From: the human T2T-CHM13v2.0 reference genome, Homo sapiens
Reading direction: 5' to 3' (one strand)
DNA: 64,000 nucleotides
NCBI RefSeq assembly: GCF_009914755.1
Contig: NC_060934.1
This document shows, in pieces, positions 19,845-34,243 of the stretch. The notes under the pieces were generated by a model that searched no databases, had not been told where the DNA came from, and saw nothing but the letters and a program-made list of their open reading frames with translations. The number at the start of each line of letters is the position of its first letter. Position 1 is the first letter of the stretch. A program made the translations under genes and the position numbers.

Positions 19845-19977
19845 CTGAAGAAACAAAAAAAAATTAAATCTCTATAACAGACCTAAAGCATACACGTGAC
19901 TAAATTTCCCCCCTCCTCCTCCCATATTAGCGTAAAGAAATCAAGAAGAACAAGAAGAAACACCAAGATAATCAGAC

Positions 19978-20271
<294 letters not shown>

Positions 20272-20506
20272 ATGATAACTGAACTTTTTCTTTTAGGATT
20301 CAAAATAGGGTAAACAAAAGGTTACTGATTTCTCTAAATACTGTTCCTATGCTTCTTATATTTACACAATGTCTTCATACTAAAGTACAAGAAACCACTT
20401 GAAAATTATTTTTAATAGAAACAAATCACTCTCAAATGGAAGAATTACAACAGAATACATACTAGAGGCATATCACTATGTTCTTCTTAAGAGCATTATT
20501 ATGTCA

Positions 20507-20857
<351 letters not shown>

Positions 20858-21084
20858 TCAGATAAAGATGCCACGAAAGAAAGAAAAGGTAAAAATAAGA
20901 TGTCTTACTTAAGATTAGGAAAATAAGGCTGTAATAATTTCAAAAACTAAGTATAAATTAATGGATAAAAATATTGGGACTGATGCCCATGGAAGATAAA
21001 AGCTATACTGGGTAGTCTCTAGTCTTCATGACAGATATTCACAGATGGGGAAGACTACCCCATTTTCCAGGCTTCCCAAAACTA

Positions 21085-21264
<180 letters not shown>

Positions 21265-22110
21265 TCAAAAATACCTACACATATGATCAAGAAGCACATA
21301 GTCTCTAAGCTCTCATCTTTTCCTCTCCCATGAAAATCAATCCCCAAATAAGTAATCTTCCCAGGAAGGGCAGATTTTGGTTGCTTAAGCTCTTTCCACC
21401 TCACTGCAGTTAACATCTCTGCACATTTTTCTGGATCCCAGAACCAGAGAAGCAATCTGGAAAATGGAGCTTTTAGGCAAAATATTATGAATCATACAGA
21501 CTCTTGTTTATAAACCTATTTGTGTCTCATGGGCCACAAATCAAGGGAGGTCTTTATCTGGGAAGGTTTCAAAGTCATTCTCCCCCATTCACTACTCAAC
21601 TTCCCTTTATGTATTTCACGTGACTTTAATATAATTAAACTTTTCTTATGTAATATGGTAACCAAACACTTGCCCTAAAGAACTGAAAAGTTTAGTAATC
21701 AACTTTTTGGGTAACCTTTTCCAACTTTATTGTAAGAATAAAGAGATCGAATTTTTGTCCTTCTAAATTCAACCCCAAACCCCAAACTACATGAACATTA
21801 CAAACTACTTTTTAAAAATATAACTAAGGAAAAAAGGAAGAAAGAAAACCCAGTATAGCAACAAAGATTCAATTAAAGTAATATTTCCAATTAGGTTGGA
21901 AACTCTTAAGCTTTATGTGGAGTAGTATGATGGGATCCCCAAATGCCTACTAATAAAGAAGAATTACACAATCCTCCAGAGAAAGCAAACTCAACTTGCT
22001 GGCATTATTTCCGTTTGTCCAGTGTGTCCAGCACTATGCCAGCCTCATGAAGCAGTATGTAAGAAATAGCAACCATCTTTTCCTTAGTGAGACTATCTGA
22101 GGAGTTAGAT

Positions 22111-22138
22111 CACACACACACACACACACACACACACA
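22111..22138. repeat. (CA)n microsatellite
   Basis: About 14 CA units. Confidence 0.95.
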
Positions 22139-22629
22139 ACTTGTGTATATACATAGTCATACACACAAGTAAAATAGGATTTACTAAATACCATGAGGCT
22201 TATATTCTTTCAAACTATTTTAAAATATACGATTTCTTAAAACTTCAGTGTTCTCTAAAGCAACTGATACTAAATGACAATCTGAAGCCTATTTTACAAA
22301 ATAGTAAAACAATAGTATGAATCGTTTGATATGTAAAAATATATGTCAAAAGACAGAAATTAATAGAAGGCGAAGCAGTCTTCTTTTACCACAGGAGAAC
22401 TTAGAAAATACTAAAACATACCACTGAGGAGTTCTTCAATTGAGCTACCAGAGAGAATCATATATTTGGATTTGTGTTCTGGAGTACTAAAACCAATGCT
22501 AAAAAACCAGAGTAACTCTTTAGCTTAAATAGGAAAATAATTTTGGTGAAACCAGTCTGTTGATTAGAATTAGCTACCTACTACATATGAGGTCTATGGG
22601 CACTGGGTGATTCATGGCTTAAACTGTCC

Positions 22630-23350
22630 AATTCAACAACTATTTACTGAGTATTGTGCTGGGAATCACTGGATACAAAGATGAATAAGATATGTATGGT
22701 TCCTGGCCTCACGGCATTTGCAATTTAGATGGCAGTCAGAATGAGCATAAGCAGAATGAGAAGATGATTATTGAAGAGCTTGTTACTATGTATTTGATAC
22801 TTTCTAATAATACAATTAACTAAAATTGGAGCATGGGAGGAAGATAGGAAAGCTTTACAAGGGGATGTGGCAGCTGACATGCAGGCTGAGGGCATAGCTG
22901 CACAAGGACACAGGGCAAAAAAAAAAACAAATGTAAATCACTGTATGAGGGGAATGGTAAACAGATTCATTGTGCTTGCCTGCAGTGTAGAGTAGGTGGA
23001 GGCTTACAGTTGGTGATGAGGTGGTCTGAGGTCTAGGGAATTTTTACTCAATTTCCCTCTGAAGGTTCTGGGAAAGATTCAAGTAACACCTGGACCTATG
23101 TTTTAGGAAGATAATTCAGGCTAGAGTTTAAAGAATAAATGGAAAACTGTAAAACTAAAAGTAAAAATGCTGGTTAGGTGAGTACTAAATAGTTTATACA
23201 GGCACTACTAGGGCCTCAAACAGGAAAGTGGTAAAGTAAAGGAAAGAGAAGAAACTCGGTAAAGAAATAAAATGGACTGTACTTGAGAACTAAGAGACTG
23301 GCTGAGTGCCTAAAAGTATAATGATATTGTGACTACAAATGAGAAACAGA
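22630..23350 (-). mobile_element. L2 remnant
   Basis: attcaacaactatttactgag...gtgctggg...gatacaaagatgaataaga (reverse of L2 3' end); extent approximate. Confidence 0.55.
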
Positions 23351-25341
23351 TGAGGTTTAAGATTGGCCTAACTTAATTTTTACTGGAATAAGGTACATAA
23401 CAAAAATAAAAAGATAAGCTCTATCCAACTTATGTACTACTTGATAATGATGATGAAATACATTCAATGTGTATGTTATTGTTTACTCTTTGAATAAAAG
23501 GCCCACATTTTTAACTTGAAAGGTGTACACAGAAATAAAGACACTAAACTCAGTATGCCTCTAAATGCCAGAGTCTTTTAGAAAACCAAAGTTTTACTAC
23601 TTAAAAAAGTTCTTAACAATAAAGACCCTCTACAACAGTTGAGAGACCTGTTCCAGTACATGAAAACAAGAATGTGAATGCATCCTTATTTTTAGCCAGT
23701 TATTTTCCAAGTCACTTTAAAGCTACTCATTCAGATTACTCAGCTTCTGAATTATAACTTGATGAAAAGACAGGAATGATAAAGCTCCTCAGAGAGGTTT
23801 TGTTGTTGTGGCCATTCAGCATCATGTAATTTATATGCTACACAAGGAGCTCTGTAGCATTGCAATACAATATTCCCCGATCTCCTGCGGAGACATGGCA
23901 TGGGTAGGGAGAACAATTAATAGCAAGAAGCCCTTACGGTATTCTCTAATCTACCGAGGTCTCACATTTCCATCTATAATATATTCCAAGGAAGTGGGGA
24001 GGATCTCAACCTTAACTGTTGTTAAATAATTCCTTGTTGAATTGTATTGTAATGAAAGGTCAGCATTCCTGTGGTGCTAACTAGCAGTAACTTTGTTTAG
24101 TTCATGTGTATTAAGAATCTCTCAGTTTATCCAAGACTTTAAAGATGGAAAGAACTTCATCAAGAGGGGAATGTGGGGGAAAAAGTGATACTAATTTGAA
24201 CCAATATTTAAGCATATTTTAAGATTATTTTTTAAACAGAAAAAAGGTATAGGAGTAAATGCAAATTTAAATATGTTTTGTTTTTGTTTATAAGCTCAAA
24301 TAACCACTGGGAGAAGGTGATTTAGAATAAAACATAGTTTGTCTCTTTGAAGATTTTAATTACAAATATGTCCAAATAAAAGGCCATTTAAAAAAGAATC
24401 TCAGTTTCATTTAAATAATAACTAGACGTAAATTTTATAGTGAGCATTAAGTTATTCAAACAAATCAGTCCATTTTCAGGCAACTGCTTTCTTTAGATTC
24501 TGAACCAATATAAGCACCAAATAAGAATCTAAGAAGAAAAATAAACTATTATCAGTATAAATGAGATGGTATACAAGCTTCTTTCAAAGAAAACTCAGTT
24601 TACAATGCTCTTATAAATGGGATAAGAACACAAAACACTAACATTAGTGAATTTTAAAGAAGCATTATAAATCAAAAGATTAGGTTAGATATTACTATAT
24701 TTTAAACACGGGGCTTTTGTTAACCCCCTTCTCCAAAAATACTTTTTAAAGGTAAAGGCGGTAACAGATTATTAACAAAGATTGAGAAGTGGACCAGAAT
24801 TACCTGCTTTTAACAGGGAAAAGACATAGCAAACAGCTAGCTCACGTGCGTGAAACTGTTACATATGAGAGAGAGGCCTTTCTTATCAATCAGTTTTAGA
24901 TGTCTGCCCCCTCAACCTAAACAAAGCTGTTGGTGGCAGAAAAACATCTCCATCTGGTCATCAACTGGGGCAGAGCAAGAAGAGCCTTTAAGGAAAAAGA
25001 ATAAAAATGCCTGGTGACAGTCTGTCAAGACTATACCCTGGGAACTTCCTCCACTGTCAACCTACTATCAATGTCTGAACCAAGAGGCTGATGCTGTCCA
25101 GATCTTGGGATTTTCTGTCAAAGGCTTTTTAGAGAAGCACATATAAGAAACAGAGAGTATACACTGGCAAATCACAACATTACCAAGGCTGTCAAAGTGA
25201 TCTGTTTGGTGTTTTTCTTCATTCTGCTATCATGCTTCTTTGCATTAAATCAGTTTAGGAGACAAATAAACAGTTTTTCAAATTTCTTTTGCTGTCAGAA
25301 GCTTGACAAGAAAAAGTCCTAACCATACACAGACACTACTA

Positions 25342-25452
<111 letters not shown>

Positions 25453-25850
25453 TTATTTATTATTTTAATGACAAGTTGTTCACTGCGGACAAAAGTGAAA
25501 ATATAGGTAACTATTCAAAAACCGAAACCACCCCAAATCTCGAAAGTCAGAAACAGATGCCTACTGTTAACATTCTTGGTATTGATCCTCCTTTATTCAA
25601 ACATGTAAATATACATATTTAAATTAAAATTGGATAACATAGTTTGAAACCTGATTTTCCTCTAAATAATATGAAAGTTTTTCTTCTTTAAAACAGTTGA
25701 AAAACATTACAAAATATTAAAAAAAATTAAGATCTATGAAATTTTGTTATGGCTAGAGTTGGCAATCTGAGGAAAAATGTAGAAAAATTTGGCAATAAAT
25801 CATATATGATTCTCTTCTGGCTTCCATTTTCTATTTTCACTGTTTCATAA

Positions 25851-25852
<2 letters not shown>

Positions 25853-25894
<42 letters not shown>
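25853..25894. repeat. (GT)n microsatellite
   Basis: About 21 GT units. Confidence 0.95.
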
Positions 25895-25895
<1 letters not shown>

Positions 25896-26384
25896 TTGAT
25901 GAAAATACCTGCCACAGAAATTCTGAACAATGGTATTTTTCTATTAATAAGGTTAACAGATAAACTTAGTACCTGTAATTTAGAAGGCATAATTATTTTC
26001 TTTCCCTTTCAACCATGGCCACTGAGGTATTTACTTGACTTATGTTATATTAACAACAAATTCCATTGTATTAAAAGTATTTGTTAACATTATTTGCCTT
26101 ATTAGATATTTTTCCCCTGATCACTTACTGAATAAAAAATATAAATGAATGAAACAGAGGAGATCCAAAGTTCTAACTCACATAAGAGTGCCCATAATCT
26201 TTTTTGGGAGGGAGGAGATGATTATATTTTTAGAAAATAGTCTAGGAGGTTAGCTGGAAAAGTACTGAGAATTGTTTGATTCCTTCCTGGTTTCAATGAG
26301 TTTAAATACATTTCTGGCAAAACTCCAGCCCAACAGGCTGATAGCTTTAACTCAGAAGGTAATTCTGCACAGGTTCTGTCTAAG

Positions 26385-26560
26385 AGCCTTATTTGTATTA
26401 ACTCATTGAATCCTCTCAACAACCCTATTACTATCTCCTTTTATAGACGGGGAAACAAAGCACAGAACATCTAAGTAAGCTAACCAAGACTAGTGAAATA
26501 AAGCAGCAGAGATGTGAAACTAGGTAGACTCACTCAAGCTCTGAATCAGTATGCTACACT
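26385..26560 (-). mobile_element. MIR
   Basis: attaactcattgaatcctctcaacaaccct...tttatagacggggaaacaaagcacaga. Confidence 0.65.
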
Positions 26561-28389
26561 TTTAGAAAAATTACTTTCCCAGTCTCTTGTAGAAAACAGT
26601 ACGGTAAGTTTGATATATTTTTTTAACTTCCTTTTTTTGGTCCTACTTTCCTAGCCATTTTATTCAGAGGAAGACCCCTGTAAGCATACTACTAAAAAGA
26701 TAAAGAAGCATAATCTAAAAATCTCTGGGCTGTCAGTCAGGACTTCAGAATGGGAATTCCATCTGTTGTCAACTATTCTCCATGACTGAAGCTAGAAACT
26801 TTATAGTATAGCTCTTAATAAAATCACGAAATTGCTAGAAACTTTTTCTTGGTTTTGTTTTGAAGCATTTTCTAACTTCCCAGTAGGTCATCCTCTACAC
26901 CCCCGCCCCAGGAGTCAGAGACGTAGGTGATTCTGGCTCTCTGTGATTAAGCCTGGCTAAAGTATTTGCTGATAATCAAAGGGTTAACTATAACATGCCA
27001 GAAACATGGAATTCAGGAAAGCCTCTAAGTTCCTGGACCCATTTAGCCCCTTACGCTTGGGAACACCAACAATCCTTATCTTTTCTTCATTCTCCCTCTT
27101 TAAGTGAATGCATGTTTCTGGTTCTGTGGAGTCTGGGAGACTGGTTTTAATTATATTCTCCAACTCACTTATAAAGCAACTAAAACAAAAAAGAGATCAA
27201 TGAAATAAAAATAAGTCAAATTCTGCCTATCAAAATTAAGGGGACAATCTTCGTCTCACTTAGAGGCAAAGTTACTGTGTCTCATTGACACAGCAGCCTT
27301 GCCAGTCTCTGCATTTTGACCTGTCCCTTCTCTCCCACATGGTGGTATACAAATGGGTGTTCTTTCACATTAGTGCCAAATGAATATCAGATGCAAAGTA
27401 GAGATCCTGGATGACTTAAAAATAAGCCCTCAGATTGATCTATAAAATCTACACCAAAGTAACAGGAACAAAACATATGCATTCCTATTAGAGATTAATA
27501 GAAGAGTGAAGAAAAACAATCCTCTGCACCATAGAGATGACACAGCAGAATGGTACTTTTAATTCCAGGTACTATATTTTAAGAGGGCCCAATGAATGGG
27601 AGTATGTTAAGAGCAGAGATAAAGGGTTTAGAATCCATATTACATGTGAAATAGAAGAAACGAATCAGTTTAGTATGAACTTGTATGCACTGTTAGAGAG
27701 GGAAGTAGGTTAAGAAGCCATTAAGATACATGAAGGAGGGTCAAATGTTAAAGAAAACTAGAAATTCAGATTTATTTATGTAGCTCCAGAAGGAAGAACC
27801 AGGAATGGTGGAGAATGAATGTAGAAAACATTTTTAGTGAATGAAAGCATGAGATGATAACACAAGCAGCCACCAATGGAACAAACTGATACGAAACAGC
27901 GGATCTGCCATCACTGAAGCTATCCAGTCTTCTGTCTGTTGCAGGTATTACAGAGCTGATCAAGAGTTTTAGCAGGCGGCTGGGGTTCCTTTCAGATCTA
28001 ACATGCCATGATGCCAAAATGCTGTACATGTTCTCATCTTTTTCTGGCTCATTTTTTTTTCTCTCTTCAGGTCGCTTAACCTTTTATCTACTTCCCTCTA
28101 TTAATAATCATCTAAACCACGCACTCAGTCTTCTGAAGTAAATTTCTTTATCTTTCACTTCACAAATAAACATCTTTGATGGATGAAAACACTGCAGGAA
28201 AGCCACCTAAGCAGATATGACTTCTCAAGTTAACGTTTTTTTAAGTGATTTCCATTCATCACTAATTCCAAACAAAACAATTACAAACTATCATAAAATT
28301 ATTAGAAAGTGAAAATGGGAGGCATTGGTTAAATATGTATTTAGTATGCTTCATCATGTCCTCAAACATATTTAAAAAGTTAATCTACA

Positions 28390-28512
28390 CTTCTTTAAGT
28401 GTCCTGGGGGACTTGCTTTAGATTAAGAAATATGTTAACTATTTCAGGACCCTTCTTTAAGTATATTGGGAGACTTGCTTTAGATTAAGAAATATGTTAA
28501 CTATTTCAGGAC
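28390..28512. repeat. 62-bp tandem duplication
   Basis: cttctttaagt...gacttgctttagattaagaaatatgttaactatttcaggac at 28390 and 28452. Confidence 0.92.
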
Positions 28513-29102
28513 ACTAAGGACTTTACAAATCTGAATTAGCTCATATTGGCTGCTATCTCCTCAATATTTTCTGATAAATAAGAAACAAACAGTAAATAGC
28601 AACTTCCACAAAATCTACCAGTAGTACACAAGGGCAGCCAAACTTCAAAATTCTTGCCACTCGACGAACTCTAGATGGTTACTGTTTACTAAAATGTAAA
28701 TAATAAAAAGACTTTTCTCAATCTTGTCCTCCAGAAAGAAAAGCCATAAAGTTCAAACACTAACCAAAAAAAAAGGGTAAGGAGAAACATTTAAATATTG
28801 GTGTTCCTTTTATTAGTGTCTTCACATACAACACTTCTCAATTTTAAACAGGACTTTGTTTCAGAAGACAAAACCAAGACAAAATGGTAGAAATCAAAGG
28901 GTTATAGACTTTGATTTAAAAGGCATAACCTTTTCAAACATGAGAGCTATCAATGAATCATTTATGAGAAGAAATTCCCTGGCACTAGGATAAATAGAGG
29001 TTGGAAAACCATCTTTCTAGGTGCTATAAAATAGAATCCTCTCATGGTGCAAGAGTCCTTCTATTTCTAGGGGGTCTAGGATTATTTTTATTATTGTTGT
29101 TA

Positions 29103-29204
<102 letters not shown>

Positions 29205-29220
29205 TCAATTTTGAAAAGAT

Positions 29221-29223
<3 letters not shown>

Positions 29224-29267
<44 letters not shown>

Positions 29268-29275
29268 ACACACAC
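29224..29275. repeat. (CA)n microsatellite ~60 bp upstream of the 61-bp exon's acceptor
   Basis: About 25 CA units with one TA interruption; reads (UG)n in the transcript. Confidence 0.95.
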
Positions 29276-31765
29276 TCGGTAAAAGAATAGGTCTAACATT
29301 GGCTATAAAACTAACCAGGAAATACAAAGCCTAGCATTGGAAAATAACAGAATATTGATTGAAAATAATATCCTTACAGTAGAAACTCCTTCTATAAAAT
29401 AATAAGACTTCACTAAACGAAACTATACAAATAACAGCACAACAGTAGGATTTGAGTGCTGGTATTTTTGGTAAAGTTTTTGAAGCTGAATACACTTTTT
29501 TTTAAAAAAAAAAGAGCATTGAAAAAAAGGATGTATAACTGGTACAGCTAATGCAATAAAGACAAAATTGAATTCAAATTTGTAGACTCCTTTACAAAGA
29601 AAGGACTTAACCCTACATTCAAAGACTGGAGAATAAATACACATTTATGTACTATATGGTAAAGTGAAATGTCACAGATTTAAAAAGGAAATCATTTGCA
29701 CATCCTCTGGAGTTAGTACAGCTAAGTCTCAGGCTTAAATAGTGGGCAATCACTCTACTTGTTAGTAGCAGTCGTAGCCAGAGGAGAAATTACTGGTTCT
29801 AAGAGTTTACAGAACAAAGATGACATATTTTTCAAGGAGCAATAAATTTGGGAGGATCTAAATGAAGTACTATTAATGTAGTCAATAATTTTAGAGGATG
29901 AGATCCTTTTCTAGTCAGATTTATTTATTTATTTTTTCAAGCTAGTAGCAAAAGAAACAAATAAATCAGCTGGCCAGAAGTAATTTGTCTGATTCAAATC
30001 AAAGAACAAACTAAAAAGGCCATGCCGTTTCTGTTTTCTTGAATACAAAAAAGCTCTTAAGGAAAGAGAGAGATGTCAGGAACTATTAGTGATGACAGTG
30101 TATAACCCAGTGAAAGCCTGGCCATCATTTCATTCCTGTGCACAATTCCACATTTCCTTGTTCTCAGTCAAAAGCAGGAACCACTCAAAAACCATATGGA
30201 GCAGTTGCAGTAGAAAACAAATTTTTTTGTTAAGATGGGTCTTACGTCTTTTAGATACCTAACTTTAAGATAAATGGATAACATATTTAAAACTCACAAG
30301 TAAGTGGTCAAACAACTCAAACACTAGTGAAGCAATTCCATGACTATAATAGAAAACATCTCTCTTGTCATTCGGTAACTTAGCAGAGAAGAACATCAAA
30401 TGTCCTTAATATATACTAAGAGATGCTAAAAGAAATTCATAAACACTGCTGGCAAAGCAAGAAAAGGCAGAAGAACATGGTTTCTTAGATTAACAAAAAT
30501 GCCTTGAGAGCACGTCTGTTAGCGTTTTTTCGTAACAAGGCAACTTTCATCTCAGAATAGGATACTTTGATTAATCAAATACTTCCCATCATAAAATCAC
30601 AATATATACTATATACAGGTCATAAATTTTCAAAAACCTGATCTATAAGACACTTTATCTAAAACTATATAGAAAGTAATTTAATTCAGAAGGCTTTTTA
30701 AAATACTTCAGTCTCAAGATCTTCATCAGATATAAAATACACATGTTTAACAACACTGAAAAGTTGGTCCTGATGGAATTCTAGTTTATCAATTCTAAAA
30801 GGCATGTTTTTTCACATGTTACATTTCTGAAACTGGAATACATCTTTTATAATGGAGGTATCTTACCATAGGTGTAGACTAGAGGTGAATTTTCCCAGAG
30901 AAGATGTGCATCTGCTTCTGCTGTCGTCTGGGAACACTATCAGCCTGATACCATCTGAATTAATCCTTTGTGGCAGGCCTTTGTGGACCACACTGGTGGT
31001 AAGGCTGCACACTCAAAGCTTAGGGCTTGTGGTTCAAATTCTCAGAGAAATGTTTTTTTCCTTTCTCTATTTAGTGTCAAGGTTGAGACTTGCACGTTTC
31101 TTTATGGTCCCTTTCCTGGAAGGTCAAGTTAATTTCTCATTTATCCTTAGGTGTACCAGCCTTGTGGGTCATGTCTCCTACTAAACTCCCTGTCCTGAGT
31201 GTTTTTTCCTTCTTAGAGGTATATAATATAAGAGCATTTTTAAAAAGTCATCTATGACATCTCAGATTCGATGAAATATGGTACCTTAAATAAGCTTCTG
31301 AAGTCTATTGAGTAGGCTCCAGAACTTCTACACAACCACTCATTATACTGCAACCTCTTTTATTCTCTTTAGTATTTCCTCTTCAAACCATTAGCTTTAC
31401 ACACTGAAGACCAAGAGCAATGTTGTACTGTATTTCTACAAAGAACTTAATTAACATGTACAGTGAAAAAGTCAGAAAATAAAATGTCTAGTTATAATTT
31501 ATTTCTTCAAATTCCCAATACTTATAATGGCATATACATTTCCAGCTGAAAAAACAAACTTTAAGCTTTTTCCTCAAAGTATCTGAAATCCTAAAATTTA
31601 GAAAGCCAAGTTAGTTTTTAGAGAAGACATACATGATTTGACTCCCAGGACAAAAAAGTAAACTCTGTACTACTTAGTTATAATAATTCTACTTAAAACG
31701 GCAACTCAAAGTACTGTAAAAACAAAACAAAAAAAAACAATAGTAATAATTCTAATTAGACCTAG

Positions 31766-32082
<317 letters not shown>

Positions 32083-32529
32083 TACGTAGTCATCTTTTTA
32101 ACAAGTCATTACAAATTCTAATTTGATTTTGTGTCTCATAGGTCCAAATGATTCTGCATTTTAATATTTCATTCAGTACAGGGCACAAAACTGAAATTCA
32201 ATAAGCTATGAGGTAATTCCATATCAGAGAAGCATGTAATTTTCCCTTAAATATCAAAATCCTGATAATTGATTTCATTCTAAAAATTTAACAATGTCCA
32301 ATAGCAATACATTCAAGGGGGAAGATGCCAAGCACATTGTAATGCAAGAGTAAAAGAAGGATATGAGAAAAATGACCTTAAAATGATTCAAAGACATATT
32401 TTAAGACAATCCTATGACCCAGAACTGAAAAAAAGCCATTTCACTTGACCAGGTTGACCTTACCTACTTAGCACAAAGGAACTTTTGAGGTGTTCTGGTT
32501 TACATCCACTTGTAGGAAAGGCTACCCAT

Positions 32530-32700
32530 TGATAATAGCTTACATTTATTAAGCATGTATCTTCTTGTTTAATATCTATAACTACCCTGTAAGGTAATGG
32601 CCGTTATTATATTATTTCATAGGTGATAAAACTGAAGCTTAGAGGTGTCAAGAAACTTGACCATGGTCATTCAGCTTCTGAGATAAGAGTGGCAATACCA
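32530..32700 (-). mobile_element. MIR
   Basis: ataatagcttacatttattaagc...aactaccctgtaaggta...aaactgaagcttagagg. Confidence 0.6.
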
Positions 32701-33249
32701 ATCTATTATCAGCTGGTCATTACCAGTATTTGTTGGACATTTACTATTACTGTGTTAGCTGCTATCAGTTTTTGGGGAAGCAAGAATGTTAAGGTTCAAT
32801 AGAGGAAGATGGAGATATAAAACTCAGTACAAAACAGTTTTATAAGAACTCCACAAAGGGCTTAGGGGGGCACAAAAGAGAGGAATGGGTAGAAAAGCAA
32901 TGCGTTAGTTGACTTATGCAAATAAACTAGTGAATACTTCTTTAAATAAAGAGCATCCAAAATTTATTTCCTGGTCAATATACTTTCTCTGGTTTTTATT
33001 CATGAAAATCTTTTGATGTATATTACAGATTTCAGAGAATATGGGTCCGATTTCAGAGTATGTAAACCCCGCCCCCCCTACATTTAGCACACGTTTATGC
33101 TTATACACAACATAAGCATAAAATCTAGGTTATATTGTCGCATCATTACTAGTGTTTCAATGTGGTTGGGACAGGAAGGTTTACGTTAAACACAAAATGT
33201 TCCTCACATGTCACTTGACTTGAACTGTTCCCATCAGCAAGAAAAATTA

Positions 33250-33390
<141 letters not shown>

Positions 33391-33872
33391 TTAAAATGCC
33401 TTAATGATTCACAAAACTACATCCATATTGCTACCAAGTAATACAAAGAAATAATTCTTCCAGAAGACAATTCTGTAATGATAAGAACTGGAAAATTGGT
33501 TTAGATTCAAATGGCATCTGGAAAGAACTGAAACCAACTAGAACCAGACTTCTTCAAAGCTGCTCAAATCAGACATCATTTACTACCAACCACATTTCTC
33601 CAACCTATCTTCCACCACAGAGAAGGCACCATCCAGCCCTCCTAGTCAACTGGGGTCAGTCAGTCAGTGCACAGCTACTTTCTCAATGGCTAATAACATT
33701 TATAATTCATAATGTTACTACGTAGTTTGATAAGTAACAAAAACGGTATCAAAAAAAATCCTTATCTGAGTGTTTGTGAGGAAATGAGAGTGGAGGGGAA
33801 TGGGGGTAGGGACACAGGCAGGTATAACAAGATATCAGGGCTCAACAATCCTTGTTAAACAACTAGATTCTT

Positions 33873-34243
33873 TTATGGACTGAATGTTTGTGACCTCTCA
33901 AAATTTATATGTTGAATCCTTAATCCCTAATATAGCTAAATTTGGAGATAGGGCCTGTGAGCAGGTAGTAACAGTTAAATGAGGTCATAGGGGTGGGACT
34001 CTAATCTGATAGAACTGGTGTCATTTTAAAAAGCAAGGTGAGACTACAGTACTCTCCCTCTGCCATGTGAGGACAAGATGCCAGCCAACCTATAAGCCAG
34101 GAAGAAAGCCCTCATCAGGAACCAAAGCAGCAGCACCCTGATCTGCAGCTTCTAGCCTCCAGAACCATGAGAAAATAAATTTCTGTTGTCTAAGCCACCC
34201 AGTTCTATGGTATTTTATTATGGCAGCCCAAGCTGACTAATAG
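33873..34243 (+). mobile_element. MaLR solo LTR (MLT1A-like)
   Basis: tatggactgaatgtttgt...tttggagatagggcct...cctccagaaccatgagaaaataaatttctgttg...gcagcccaagctgactaa. Confidence 0.8.

Noticed and set aside
28130-28330. Possible snoRNA or structured RNA in the intron
   Set aside because: No convincing C/D or H/ACA box arrangement and no match to any snoRNA I recognise.
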